A stretch of DNA of 64,000 bases, taken from Histomonas meleagridis 2922-C6/04-290x (Eukaryota; Protista; Parabasalia). The DNA lies in assembly GCA_020184695.1 (NCBI GenBank), contig JAANOX010000061.1, positions 434,001 to 498,000 on the forward strand. The letters run 5' to 3'. This document shows, piece by piece, positions 1 to 12,041 of the stretch (its first letter is position 1; each line of letters opens with the position of its first letter). Below the pieces are notes generated by a model. It worked only from the letters and a program-made list of their open reading frames with translations, had not been told where the DNA came from and ran no database searches. Position numbers and translations under genes: made by a program.

Positions 1-3000
1 TTCATTAATTTCAAATCGTTTCTTACTAAATGATATTAAAAATGGCCAATATTTCTCACGTTTTTCTTCTTCATTCATTAAATTAATATATGTAAATATT
101 TCAATAAAATTAAATGTATTAATAAATAAATTTGTTGAATTTTCTAAAAACTTTAATAATACATCAGATACAATAATATTATGAAAGTTTTCATCTTTCT
201 TTCTCCAAATATCATAATTTAACCAAAACAATTTTAACATTTCTGATTTATGTTGATCTAATTTTAATGAATAACATAAATTATACATTGAATCTAAGAA
301 TTCATTTGTTAAATTATTTGGATTAATCTTTGAACATAAATGTGAAAAAGATTTCATTCCATTAACATTAAAGAATAAATCTTCAAAATCTTTTGAATAT
401 AATATAAAACTTATGAATAAATTAATTAATGAATTAAAGAAATTTAAATTATCAGTATCACCTTTAGAAGATATTTGTGGTATATCTACTTGTTCTAATA
501 AAGGGATAAAACGTAATATTCCTTCCATATTAAACATATCATTAACTAATGTACTACTAAATGGTACTATATCACCTTCAATTGAAGCATTTTTATTAAT
601 ATTATTTGAAGATATATTTAATATATTTTTACCAATTGCCATACGAGAATTATAACATAATAATAAAATAGATTCAATATCTCCATTAAATAATATTTGT
701 GGTAATGATGGAAATAAATTAATATTACTTGGTAAAAATGAATAAATATAATCTAATGGTAAACTTGCTATAGCTTTCATTATCGATGTATTTAAATATT
801 GTGAAAATATATATATTACATTAATATTACATGTTAATGTATAATTAGATGATAATGATTTAGCAATATATAATGATTCAATATTTTCGATTTTTAAATT
901 TGGTATATTAAATGTTGTGATTTTATTACCATTAATAAATACTTTAAAATCTCCATTTTGATATGACATACCAAATGTATACCAAACATTAGTCTTAAAT
1001 TCAAATTCGATTTTATTTGTTACATTTTTTTGTTTCTTTTGTCCATATTGTGTACATATAAATATATTGCCATTTCTAAATATTATTTCGATGATTGAAT
1101 TATTGGAAGTTTTAATATATAATAAACGTGGTTCTTTATCATGAGAGAAATTAACTAATTCTAAATTTAATTTAATTACTATTGAAAATCCTTTTGATAT
1201 ATTTGTTGAAGTTAATTTAGGTAAAGTTAAACCTGTTTCAATTCCACCGAAATGAATAAAAGATGAAGGTAAATGTGATTTATCTTGTTCTAATATATTA
1301 TGAAATCCACTAATTAAATTATATGTCCACCATACACGTTTATTATCATAAGGTTTTAATAATGAAGTAGCTTCAATAAATACTCGAGGCTTAATAATGA
1401 ATGATGAAACAGTATAAAATAAACCTAATGAAGAAAAAATCGATTCAATTCGATCATTATTAATTGTAGATAAATCAGGAAATTGTTGAATATAATTTAA
1501 GATAATAATTAATAATTTACTTTGATATACATGTAAACAATTCGTAAATGATTTCTCACATATTACTGATAAATAATTCATAATTTTAGAATGATATTGT
1601 GGTAAATGAATAATAGACATATGTAAATATGGTAATGCTTTATAAAATCGTGTTTCAACTAATTCAGGTAATTGTTTTATTCGAATATTTACTTCAAATA
1701 CTGTTTCTAATAATACATTAATTAATTCATCTTCAAATGTAATTTGTGATAATAAATTCGAAACTTTATCTAAGAAACGTAAAGGTTTACAATATACAAA
1801 TTGTTGACAAGATTGATCAAATTTTGTTATATTTAATATTAATTTAACTAAATTTAATAATAATTCATATGATTTTTGTCCAATTTTATTAATACAGATT
1901 TGTAATGAGTTAATTAAAAATGGTAATATATCATATTTCTTAAATTGATTAACTAATGTTTTTCGATTAGCTATAATACCTTTTGTTAATAAATTTATTA
2001 AATTATTTGCTAAATAAAATGAATCTTCATTTTGTATATCTTCACTTGAATGATTAAAAACTGTTCCAAATAATTTAAAGAAGTTTCGAAATGGTAAAAT
2101 TTTGTTTCCATCAATTGTTAATATTTCTTCTTTATCAATAATTATTGATTTGGATAATAATTCTAATGCTTGTGCTTTAAATTGTTCATCATATAATAAA
2201 TGAAACATAAATTGCATAAAACCTAATGATGATAAAAGAATTAATTTAAGTTCTTTATGTTCGAAAAAGACTGAAATAATTGAAAATAAATTGAACCGGA
2301 TTTTAATGACATGTTCTTTTTGTTTCTTACTTTTAGTCCTTAAGAAAACTAATTGTAACTTATACATATAATTAAAATAACATGGAATAATATTCGATTG
2401 ATAAATACAATTATAAAATCCTGGATTCTCTAATCGTAATATCGTACGTAATAATTTGGATATAGATAAACCTAAAATTGGACCTGAAAATTCCATTAAT
2501 GATCCAATGGAATTCAATATTGTTATCGTTTGTTCTTCATTTGAGTTTTTAAGACATAATAATACTAATCTGAAAATGCCTGAGCGAACTTTCTGATAAA
2601 ATTTCATGTCCCCATTCTCAGATGAAACTAATGTATGATATTTATCAAACATATAACATGTCATTAATTGATCCCAAAAATTCTCTTCAACTAAAACTTG
2701 ATTTAAGATATTTTGATCATATGATAAAAAGAATTTGATGGTTAATCTTAATAATGATGAGTTTTCTTTTGTGGCTTTATCTTTGATGTTCTTGATTAAG
2801 CCGATGACACTTTTGATAATCGTGTTTTTGTACGGACAACCGCTGAAAGTGGAAATAATTGATAGGAAAATGCCGGTTTTTTCATCGGTGGGGTTCATAA
2901 CGGTCTCTATCGTCGATGTGTCAATTTCAATGTTTTCATTGGAGCTCTTTTGCTTAATCCATTGGAAATCAGGAATCTCTTTATAATCTAAATTACTTGT

Positions 3001-4053
3001 TTCAGAAAATTCTAGAAATTTATGCGGGATTTTGGTGATTTTAGATGAAAAAGATTGGAAATTTGAATTGACCCAAAGAAATGACTGGATAAAAGATGAA
3101 ATAATCTCGTTTTCAGAAATGATTTCAGTGATATCAACAATTTTAGTGATACTAAATAAGAAATTTAAGAAACCTGAAATATTTTCAAATATGAAATCTT
3201 TCTCATCAGTTGGATGAGTTTCTACTAACTTATGTAAAATGGTATTGGTAGAAACGATAAATGGTTTGATTATTTCGTTTTTGAATTTATTTCCTTCATC
3301 TGATGATAATTTTATTATTTGACTACCAATAGAATAACTTAAATTATATTCATCACGTGAATATTGTGGTGTGCCAAAGAGATTATTAATACGTATATAC
3401 ATTAATAGAATATAAGAATATTGTTTTATAAATAATGATGAAGACGAATTCTTATTTAAAGTTGTTGTCGTAACTTTTGTGACTGCATTTATATAAGACA
3501 TTATCTCTTGTGATGCAGGTTGTGGTTGCTTTTCTAAATAACCATAAAGAAAATCATAAAATTGTCCTATTATAACTTGTGCATCTTTAGATGACTCTGG
3601 AGGCATAGCTGAAAAAACAGTAAAAATACATGTACCATCAATAAGTAGATCTTTTTGATCAATTGGAATGTTTGAATTTGTTAAAAGTTTTTGAGCATAA
3701 ACAACATAATTAATTAAAAACTTATTAAGAATTGGAAGGAGTGAATCAAACACATGTGGATTTGTTCCAAGTAAAGCTTTGTTTTCAGATAACACTTTTG
3801 AAATCTGTAACATTTTTTGGGGTGGAGGATTCTCAAGACCAAGCTTTTCGATAATTGTCTGCCTGTCTTTAATTTTTCCTTTTAAAAGCTTTGTACCTAT
3901 TGGTTTATCTGCAAAATCAGCCAAAATCGATTTCAATGCGGGAATTTCTTTAACTACTTCTGATGTTTTTTGAACGCTCCTTTTATACCAGAACTTAGTA
4001 ATGTCTTCAAAGGAATCAGATTTCGGCGCTTTTCTTTGGAGCATTGGAATCAT
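1..4053 (-). CDS. Large protein (>1350 aa, 3' end beyond window), helical with a ConA/LamG-like beta segment; architecture resembles the N-terminal part of BEACH/neurobeachin-family proteins
   Basis: Not in the ORF track because no stop falls inside the window. ATG at 4053 (MIPMLQRKAPKSDSFEDITKFW...) follows in-frame upstream TAAs. The frame was open in every segment I translated, down to base 1 (...REKYWPFLISFSKKRFEINE). The segment near 900-1260 reads GFSIVIKLNL...WYTFGMSYQNGDFKVFING, which is LamG-like. Family assignment is inference. Confidence 0.8.
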   Translation of the reverse strand, partial: MIPMLQRKAPKSDSFEDITKFWYKRSVQKTSEVVKEIPALKSILADFADKPIGTKLLKGKIKDRQTIIEKLGLENPPPQKMLQISKVLSENKALLGTNPHVFDSLLPILNKFLINYVVYAQKLLTNSNIPIDQKDLLIDGTCIFTVFSAMPPESSKDAQVIIGQFYDFLYGYLEKQPQPASQEIMSYINAVTKVTTTTLNKNSSSSLFIKQYSYILLMYIRINNLFGTPQYSRDEYNLSYSIGSQIIKLSSDEGNKFKNEIIKPFIVSTNTILHKLVETHPTDEKDFIFENISGFLNFLFSITKIVDITEIISENEIISSFIQSFLWVNSNFQSFSSKITKIPHKFLEFSETSNLDYKEIPDFQWIKQKSSNENIEIDTSTIETVMNPTDEKTGIFLSIISTFSGCPYKNTIIKSVIGLIKNIKDKATKENSSLLRLTIKFFLSYDQNILNQVLVEENFWDQLMTCYMFDKYHTLVSSENGDMKFYQKVRSGIFRLVLLCLKNSNEEQTITILNSIGSLMEFSGPILGLSISKLLRTILRLENPGFYNCIYQSNIIPCYFNYMYKLQLVFLRTKSKKQKEHVIKIRFNLFSIISVFFEHKELKLILLSSLGFMQFMFHLLYDEQFKAQALELLSKSIIIDKEEILTIDGNKILPFRNFFKLFGTVFNHSSEDIQNEDSFYLANNLINLLTKGIIANRKTLVNQFKKYDILPFLINSLQICINKIGQKSYELLLNLVKLILNITKFDQSCQQFVYCKPLRFLDKVSNLLSQITFEDELINVLLETVFEVNIRIKQLPELVETRFYKALPYLHMSIIHLPQYHSKIMNYLSVICEKSFTNCLHVYQSKLLIIILNYIQQFPDLSTINNDRIESIFSSLGLFYTVSSFIIKPRVFIEATSLLKPYDNKRVWWTYNLISGFHNILEQDKSHLPSSFIHFGGIETGLTLPKLTSTNISKGFSIVIKLNLELVNFSHDKEPRLLYIKTSNNSIIEIIFRNGNIFICTQYGQKKQKNVTNKIEFEFKTNVWYTFGMSYQNGDFKVFINGNKITTFNIPNLKIENIESLYIAKSLSSNYTLTCNINVIYIFSQYLNTSIMKAIASLPLDYIYSFLPSNINLFPSLPQILFNGDIESILLLCYNSRMAIGKNILNISSNNINKNASIEGDIVPFSSTLVNDMFNMEGILRFIPLLEQVDIPQISSKGDTDNLNFFNSLINLFISFILYSKDFEDLFFNVNGMKSFSHLCSKINPNNLTNEFLDSMYNLCYSLKLDQHKSEMLKLFWLNYDIWRKKDENFHNIIVSDVLLKFLENSTNLFINTFNFIEIFTYINLMNEEEKREKYWPFLISFSKKRFEINE

Positions 4054-4936
4054 GTAATTTTCTTTCCCACTTTTTGAACTAATAACGACAATTTATTCCG
4101 TTTATTGTTATTTTTCTGAACAAAACCGTAATGTAAAATCCAGATAGAAAAAATAAAACATAAATTCTTGTCTATATAGTAAAGATAATATTTTTGTTTT
4201 ATGAATAAAAACATAGATTTTATTTGTAGTATTTAATGTAAGATTAATAATATATTAATACACAAAAATAGCTTGAATTTTGTTGTTTTTGTTTGTTGGT
4301 TATTTAACGTAAATTCAAATACTGTCAATTTCAGGAAGGATAATTTCTGGAAAAATAAATTCATTTAGGAAAGAAACACAATATAAATCGGATAAATATA
4401 ATTTGTGCCAATTCATTGCGCTAACATAAAAATAAAAAAAACTAAAATTTATCTCTTTAGATGGAGCAAGTTCGCTCGATTTTTTCTTATCACAGTTAAC
4501 CGTTAAGATTTTTTGTGAAAAATAAACAGTTTATGAGGTTAAACGTACTGTTACAGTAAAGGCCATTTTTTAGAAATATCTCGAGATCTTCAGAAATTCT
4601 ATAGGTTCGACCATAATCATACGTGCATTACAAAGGTTTTAAATGTAGATATTTGGGTAAGAGTTATAGTTGATTAATATGTTTCGCATACACAAGATTG
4701 AAAATGAATACTAAAATCTACATCATATCGTGGAAAACGACGAAAAATTTGAGACGAAACCGTTGTCATAAAGTACACTTGCCCGCTTTATCTGATATGC
4801 ACAAAAATTATCGTATCATAGGGCCCAAGTTTTTGAATGATTTTTGATCTCATCCAATGATGATACACTTTTGCTAATAAATCATTAAAAAAGTTCTGAT
4901 GTTGATTAACAAGGTTTGCTTGAAAGGAAATGCCCA

Positions 4937-6253
4937 ATGCAATTATGGGAAATACACCAAAATGGAAGAAATTATTATCTTACCAAAAAACTTAAACATA
5001 ATTATGAATTCCAGGAATGCTCATCTCTTTCTAAAATTTATTCTCCTTCGGTTCTCCATATTCCACCTTCTGATGAAGAAATTGGTATTTTAACATATGG
5101 TGTTGAATCACTCTTTAAGGAAAGTCAAGAAATATCACCTAACGAAATGAATTGTGCATTAGGTTATTTGTCACATTTTATGGATAATCGAAATCCAATA
5201 GATACTCATTTAATTTGGAAAGACATTAACTCTGAACCCAATAAAGCAAAAGGATTTGATTCTTCACAACAAATCTTGCCAATATTAACCAAAAAAATTA
5301 TCTTTCGAAAAAATCTATTTTTTTTATGCGGTGATGAGTATATTTTTTTAGGGCTAGAAAATTTGACTTGCTATTCTATCCATAAAAAATGGGAAAAAAG
5401 CATAGCAATTCAAAATTTTTCTAATCCAATCTTTTCAACCAATGGCCTTCTCTACTTTATTGATAACAATCGATCTATTTCCTCTATTAATCCAACAGAA
5501 AATAATCCTCAAGTTCCTGAATTTACAATTCAGAAACAATTAAAATTTAACAATTTCAAGATTTCCGACACTGTTGATCCATTATTTGCTGTCTATAGTT
5601 CAAAGAAGTTTCATTTACATTATGGAAACACTCAATGTTATTATCAGTATTTATTTGAATCGCCTATTAAAAAATACGATTTAGACTCAAAACACCTTTA
5701 CTTTGCCAACGAGAACACTTTTTCATACGCCGAAGAAGATCGAATTGTTTCATCTGTAAATTTCGATCATGAGATCACTTCATTTTCCTTGACAAAGAAC
5801 TCCAATACAGTCCTTTGTTTTGGTGAAAACAATTTCTCATTACTCGATCTTCGAATATGTGCCGAAATTTCGAGTATTCGATCAGAAAACCAAATTTACG
5901 ATTTACTTTTCGAAGAATTTTCTTCGAATTTTGTTTTAATTGGGAAAAACGATGTTTTTCTTTATGACATTCGATATCCCGAAATTTATTCCTCTAAAAT
6001 TCATGTTCCGTATGAGTTTAAAGCCGAATTTATCAAGAATTCGCCTTTTTTGGCTATTGCTTCAAGTGATGGCAAATGCGTATTATATGATGCAAATGTT
6101 GAACAAATAAAAGAAATTGTTTCATTTAACATCGGATGTTCGCAAATAAAAGAAATTAAAACTACAAAAAACGCAGTATTTATCCAACAAGAAAATGAAA
6201 TAAATATGCTACAAATCGGTACGAAAAAGATTCATTTACCAAATGTAATATAA
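4937..6253 (+). CDS. Hypothetical WD40-like beta-propeller protein
   Basis: The 445-codon ORF has its first ATG at 4937. Degenerate WD-type ends (SLLDLR, FLYDIR, CVLYD) occur in the C-terminal half. Confidence 0.7.
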   Translation: MQLWEIHQNGRNYYLTKKLKHNYEFQECSSLSKIYSPSVLHIPPSDEEIGILTYGVESLFKESQEISPNEMNCALGYLSHFMDNRNPIDTHLIWKDINSEPNKAKGFDSSQQILPILTKKIIFRKNLFFLCGDEYIFLGLENLTCYSIHKKWEKSIAIQNFSNPIFSTNGLLYFIDNNRSISSINPTENNPQVPEFTIQKQLKFNNFKISDTVDPLFAVYSSKKFHLHYGNTQCYYQYLFESPIKKYDLDSKHLYFANENTFSYAEEDRIVSSVNFDHEITSFSLTKNSNTVLCFGENNFSLLDLRICAEISSIRSENQIYDLLFEEFSSNFVLIGKNDVFLYDIRYPEIYSSKIHVPYEFKAEFIKNSPFLAIASSDGKCVLYDANVEQIKEIVSFNIGCSQIKEIKTTKNAVFIQQENEINMLQIGTKKIHLPNVI

Positions 6254-6653
6254 AAATATATTTTTGTTATAAATAAACATTTTTAGGAAACCGTTTATTG
6301 TTGCAGACAGACATTGTCAATGTGGATGTCATTTTGCTACAATTAAATTTGATGGATAAAAAATAGGTGGGTAAAAAAACCAGACAAATTTTGTGAAAAA
6401 TTGAATCGATTTTGAGAATGAATTTGAATAACTTTCAATTCAAATATGAATTTTTTCAAAAGCTTGACACTCTAAGGAATGCCAGCTTTAAGTATTGATT
6501 GCTCATTTTTAATAATGTAGTCAAATGATTTAAAAGGCGAAAACCCCATGATGAAAGGAGGGATAGATATTAATGGTAATAATTTTTTATTGGTTTGTTT
6601 GATGTTGTTTTTAATTGAACAATAATTTTTGAAATTTATTCATATAGTTTAGT

Positions 6654-7690
6654 AATGCACTTATTAGAGTAGCCCAAGCAGGTGATATTGATATAGTAAA
6701 ACAACTTCTTGCACAAGAAGGAATTGATGTTAATGCTAAAGATATTTCTTGATTATGTTTAATGCCTATTTTATTAACTTGGTATTTCGATATAATATTT
6801 GGAAATCATTTTAATTATATGATACAGTACTTATTTGGGGCTCTATAACTGGACAAAATAAAATAGTTAAATTGCTTTTTGAACATAAAGGAATTGATGT
6901 TAATGCGAAAACGATATATTATTTTTATTTAATGCTGTTTATAATTTATGACTTAGTGTTTCAAAATAATATTTGGGAATCATGTAAATTATTTGAAACA
7001 GCACTTATTAAAGCATTTTTAAATGTATGTATAAATAGTTAAATTACTTTCTGAACAAAAAGGAATTGATGTTAATGCTCGAAATATTTATTTTGAAAAT
7101 AAATTAATACTTCAAAATAATATTTGGAAATCATTTAAATTATATAAAACAGCGCTTAAAATTGCATCTGAAAACAAACATGGAGATATATTTAATTTAT
7201 ATCGTGCACAAAACGGAATTGGATTTAAACCTGAAAAAAAATTATACATTCGTTTCATTCGATGTTGTTTATAATATTCTGATATTTGATAATATTTTTT
7301 GAAGTTCACTTTTATAATTTTGTGATGAATTTCTCTACGCGCAGCCCAAGCAGGTGGTATTAATAGAATAAAACAACTTCTTGAGCAAGGAATTGATGTT
7401 AATTCGCATAATATTTATTTGTTTGATTTAGAATTTATTTTAATATTTTATAATTTCAAATGTAAATATGGAAATTATTCTGAGTATTTTGGACAGCGCT
7501 TATGTATGCATCTAGAAGTTGTAGTACAAGGAAGTATCAAATTACTTCTTGAACAAGAAAAAATTGATATTAATGCTATGAATAATATTTATATGTTATA
7601 TAGTGTGTTTCAAAATAATATTTGGAAATTGTTTAAATATTTTGATTCAGCACAAATAATAGCTTATGAAAAAGATCATAATGATATATA
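6654..7690 (+). pseudogene. Interrupted ankyrin-repeat array (about 7 cores) with 83/87/66/83/66-nt linkers; some cores frameshifted
   Basis: Cores include NALIRVAQAGDIDIVKQLLAQEGIDVNAK and TVLIWGSITGQNKIVKLLFEHKGIDVNAK. Linkers lie at 6741-6823 (83), 6911-6997 (87), 7083-7148 (66), 7410-7492 (83) and 7581-7646 (66). Cores at 6998-7082 (85 nt) and 7493-7580 (88 nt) are out of frame. Confidence 0.8.
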
Positions 7691-8713
7691 GTTGAATTAA
7701 TTAGTGGGATGAATTAAGTTATTAAATTCATCTAAATTTAGTGATATAAATGAAAAAATACCAAATTATAAAAAAAATTCCCCAATGAACTAAATAATTA
7801 TTAACTTAAATTCAATATAATAATTAAAATATGATATTTATACATATGCATGATACAATTTGAAAAATTTCACGAAATAAGTTGGGAAAAAAATAATTTA
7901 TTATAATTTCGATATTTCATAAAAAATCGTTTTTCTAGACACAATTTTGTCTCTTTAATTTAATACATTATGCGAGTATTTATTATGAAAAAAGGCTCTA
8001 TTAACACATTTGGGTTAAAGATAAATTCGTTTTAAAAAGAGGACGTTAATTAACACTGAACTCACTTCACGCTTTCACAATTTGTTTTTTTTGAAAGATT
8101 AAGATTATCTTATGAACGCTCAACTTTAATTCAATTCGTTCTAACTGTTCGAACAGAAATGATTTTTTGTATACTTGTAAACCATTAAAAAAGTGTAATG
8201 AAACGAGATGGAAAATTTCGAAGAAACAAATCCTACATTTCATCAAAGAGTTGCCATATATGCAGCTTATGTGGTCAAAAAGTTCATTTTTTTAAATAAT
8301 GCAATTAGAGACCAAGTAATTTCATCAAAGCAATCAAGTGGTATTTTCTTCATAGGAAACAATTATTTCAGGAAACATTATTAAGCTCCAAATTTGGAAT
8401 TCGCCAGGCACACAGTCTCTGTCCTACCGCATGTGATTTTGGAATAGTTTGAAGGAAAACGAAGACTCAGTCCCAATAATATTGCCTGAAGCTGGCACAC
8501 ATCAAAATCCTGTCAACCCAAAAAAATATCTGAATCAGTTCGTTCAAAATTTCAATGGTTTACTGTGATGAAGTTGCACACAAAGAAAAGAAAAAATCAA
8601 AAAAAGCTATAAATGTGAAAGCACCAAAAGGTCACTAAATAATATTCATTGCACTCTAATTGTTAGCAATGTTTTTAGTTGCAATTTGAAGCAAAAAATC
8701 AAAATTTAATTAT

Positions 8714-9442
8714 TTAATTATTATTTTCATGATCATGATCGGAAGAGGATGAAGATGATGAAGAAGTGTTTTCTTTCTTTTCTGTTTCCTTAATTTTTAC
8801 TTCGCGTTCTGTTATTTCGACTGGATCTGATACTATTTGTGGCAGTGGTTCTTCTTTTCTCTCTTCGATTGGCTTAACATCTCTACTTTCAATTTTGTTC
8901 CTAAAGATTAACTTATATATCATTGGGTGAAGAAGTGTTCCGGGAAGTAAAATAATAATAAATGTGAATATTAGATTAAAGTAAAATGGATCAACTTTGG
9001 TGAACAAAAAGGCAAAGAAAAATGCAACAACGGATGTGATGATCCTTCGTAATGAAGAAGCCTTTGTTTGTTTTTCAGATCCGGCAATTCGTTTAGATGC
9101 CTTTTCAATGAATTCACAGAATTCTTCCAATGTACGAACACGATTTGGTGCTAACGGGTCATCAGCTGGAAGTGGTTTGAAAAGATATTTTGATATATAT
9201 TTTTTAAGATATGTCCATATAATTGCAATGCCATATAAAACAACAAAGAACAATGCTATAACAGCGAAAAATCCGGCTTCTGAACTTCTAACAAATAAAT
9301 AAAATGAAAGAATACCAACTAATAATAAAACTAAAACAAGAGGTCGCTTGAACAAAAGAACCTCTTGCATTCGCAAAATAAATTCTTCATATGGTCTAAG
9401 AGTATCTGCTAAAGTTTGTGGATTTTTTTGTTCTTCTGACAT
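8714..9442 (-). CDS. Membrane protein with two long hydrophobic segments (reticulon-like topology) and a charged C-tail
   Basis: ORF track protein; the first ATG is at 9442 (MSEEQKNP). Paired hydrophobic stretches, Ser/Glu-rich tail. Confidence 0.7.
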   Translation of the reverse strand: MSEEQKNPQTLADTLRPYEEFILRMQEVLLFKRPLVLVLLLVGILSFYLFVRSSEAGFFAVIALFFVVLYGIAIIWTYLKKYISKYLFKPLPADDPLAPNRVRTLEEFCEFIEKASKRIAGSEKQTKASSLRRIITSVVAFFFAFLFTKVDPFYFNLIFTFIIILLPGTLLHPMIYKLIFRNKIESRDVKPIEERKEEPLPQIVSDPVEITEREVKIKETEKKENTSSSSSSSSDHDHENNN

Positions 9443-9526
9443 TTTTATGGATTTAATGAATCCGTTTAAAAGTGACACTTATCAGGTAACATAATTTTTC
9501 AACCAAAATTGTCGTCAGATTTCCAA

Positions 9527-12007
9527 ATGGAAACGACCAAAGAAAAACCAAATATCTCATCTAATGACCTTTTCAGCTTAAAAAGCGTAATTGACAATGC
9601 TATAAGAGTAATTGATCAAGTTGAAACGCCTATTATGTCAAATATAAAACATTTTATACATGGTTTATGTAGTCATAATCCAGAAAAGCGTTCTGGATAT
9701 GCAATAATATTATCGTGTATTTTAGAAAGGTTTAAGGATAGATTTGATCAAGAAGAAACTGTGAATGAAATATTGAATTTCAAATTCTCAAATAAAAAGC
9801 AAACACAAAAAGCATCAATCAGAACAGCCTTGATCGCAAAAATATTATTATATACAATGTTCATTAGATCTGGTATTGTTCATGATGATGAATTTGTTTT
9901 ATCTTTTTTAGAAGGGATTGCAGAGGTTGGTGTTTCTCATCCAAATTTTCATCCATTTGTTTGTAGTGCCCTTGCAGAGTTACAAGCAATCACCAACTAT
10001 AAATATTTAAATGAAACTGCACAATTAATTCCTTCGAAATTAGATTCCTTTATTTTTTGGTTCAAAGTTTCCAAATATTGTCCAGATGAAATTAGAAGTT
10101 CTCTTCCACCTTCTTTTCAAGAATCACCTTTCAATGAAAAGACAGCAGAAAATCTACAGAAAACCACCTTTGTTACAAAACAACCATGGAACTCTTTAGT
10201 GTGGAAAGAAGTCTTAACAGATGCGACCCAAGATGAATTACTTGTTTTTTGGCCTCAAGTCTTTGGAAAACAAATTCGAACTGGCGACAAAACCGTTAAA
10301 ATGTCTATCGTTCACATTGTCAAAACCGTTCTCAATATTTTGAAGCCTGAACTCTTTGAAATTGTAATATCAGCAGATTTCATCAAGATGATTAATTCAT
10401 TATTAACCAATCCAATGTTAGAAGTCCCACTTAATGATTTTTTCAATTATATTTTAAGTTTATCAACATCTACAGAACGGAACAATTTATTTGTTCAATA
10501 TTTTGCATACATTGATTATCGTTATGCAGATTTTTTTAGTTTCCATACAAAACTATTTAACAAATGTGATCCTCAAACATTACGAACATATTTTACTCAA
10601 ATTGTTAACTTTTCTGATCTTGATCTCCTCGAATATAAACGTCGAATGCCATCAGACAAAGTCAATGACAAACAAATCAGTGCCTTTAAGTTTGATGTTT
10701 TACGATCGATATTTATCTCATCAGGATTATATAATGATATTCAACTCACTCTTGATTTATATAATTATATTACAGAAACTTGGAGAGAACATTTATATTT
10801 ATTCGGGTTTAATTTAGTTGATTATGATATGCATCGAATAGAAGGATCAGCTTCATATCAAATGTTATTACAGAATCCCGAAATTTCACATTTCGATGCA
10901 TGTTTCCAATTATGTAATTTATGTACCGGTATTTCGTCATCACCTTCATTAAATACATTGATTCCACCTGATGTAGATGACGCAAAGCCTTCAACAGATT
11001 TCATATTAATTGCGGCGCAAAAAGTTAATGAGCCGCCGCTTATAAAATATGCGTTTCAGATGCATTTGAAAGAAGTTGTGCCGAAAATACCTATTGAAGA
11101 ATTAGAAAAATTCTTTAAGGAATATGTTCCCCTTCCAGAGACTTTTAATCAAGCAACTATCGAAGTATTCGATATTGTTCTTAACTCTTGTAATTTCACT
11201 TTTAATTTTTTGAGCTCTTTCTTTACAATGTTTTGTAAAACTTTCGATATTAATATTCAATTGGCTCAATCCTTATCTGAACTTATAAAAAGAATTACAA
11301 AAAAACAAACTTTGCCATTCGATTTCGCTGGTGTTATTAAAAGTTTGTTTTCTTCTTTTCTAGGAATTTCAAATAAAACTATAAATAGAAACGAACGTTT
11401 AATATTCAGAACATTTGAAAAGATTTTAACGGCAACAATCAAAAAATCGCTGCCACTTTCCGTAAAGGATTCAAAAGTGCTTCAAAGTCAACTTGATTTA
11501 GCAGTGACTGATTTTGCATTCAAAACTCATCCACATTTTGGAGAAGAAATATTTATCACTTATACTAAACTTCCTGTTGAAGCTAATCAAATTCTATTAC
11601 CTGTGTTAATGGGACATATTCCAGAAGTTAAGCGCTTACAAAGAAGAATTATGTTGTTAAACATTGTAACTACAATACTTACAACACCAAAAGGTTTAGA
11701 AATACTTTCAACAAAAAATAACGACTTTAACAAATGTGTTTTAACACTCCTAAATGAAGATTATATTACAAGTAAAGAAAATGAGAAAAAGTTCAAGAAA
11801 ACTTTTATAGCAATACATAAGTGGTTACAACTAATCGAGAAAAAAAGAAAAATTTGTGCTCAGATTAATATTGGAGACATAAAACGAAAAGTACTTTCGA
11901 TACAAAAGATGTCTAAAGGACCGATACAAACCACCACAATTCAATTCGCAAAAACTTTGAACCGTATAGAAAAATTGGTGCACCCCAAGCAGAGAACGTT
12001 TGCATGA
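9527..12007 (+). CDS. ARM/HEAT-like protein, possibly Pol5/MYBBP1A (DNA polymerase phi)-like
   Basis: The 832-codon ORF has its first ATG at 9527. HFIHGLCSHNPEKRSGYAIILSCIL resembles the Pol5/MYBBP1A motif RLIRGLxSxRxxARxGFxxxL. Family call is inference. Confidence 0.6.
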   Translation: METTKEKPNISSNDLFSLKSVIDNAIRVIDQVETPIMSNIKHFIHGLCSHNPEKRSGYAIILSCILERFKDRFDQEETVNEILNFKFSNKKQTQKASIRTALIAKILLYTMFIRSGIVHDDEFVLSFLEGIAEVGVSHPNFHPFVCSALAELQAITNYKYLNETAQLIPSKLDSFIFWFKVSKYCPDEIRSSLPPSFQESPFNEKTAENLQKTTFVTKQPWNSLVWKEVLTDATQDELLVFWPQVFGKQIRTGDKTVKMSIVHIVKTVLNILKPELFEIVISADFIKMINSLLTNPMLEVPLNDFFNYILSLSTSTERNNLFVQYFAYIDYRYADFFSFHTKLFNKCDPQTLRTYFTQIVNFSDLDLLEYKRRMPSDKVNDKQISAFKFDVLRSIFISSGLYNDIQLTLDLYNYITETWREHLYLFGFNLVDYDMHRIEGSASYQMLLQNPEISHFDACFQLCNLCTGISSSPSLNTLIPPDVDDAKPSTDFILIAAQKVNEPPLIKYAFQMHLKEVVPKIPIEELEKFFKEYVPLPETFNQATIEVFDIVLNSCNFTFNFLSSFFTMFCKTFDINIQLAQSLSELIKRITKKQTLPFDFAGVIKSLFSSFLGISNKTINRNERLIFRTFEKILTATIKKSLPLSVKDSKVLQSQLDLAVTDFAFKTHPHFGEEIFITYTKLPVEANQILLPVLMGHIPEVKRLQRRIMLLNIVTTILTTPKGLEILSTKNNDFNKCVLTLLNEDYITSKENEKKFKKTFIAIHKWLQLIEKKRKICAQINIGDIKRKVLSIQKMSKGPIQTTTIQFAKTLNRIEKLVHPKQRTFA

Positions 12008-12041
12008 AATAAATAAATAAATAAAATTATGAATTTATAAT

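Noticed and set aside
8200-8640. Short protein-like frames (MENFEETNPTFHQRV...)
   Set aside because: Several short frames with stops and no recognisable domain; insufficient support.
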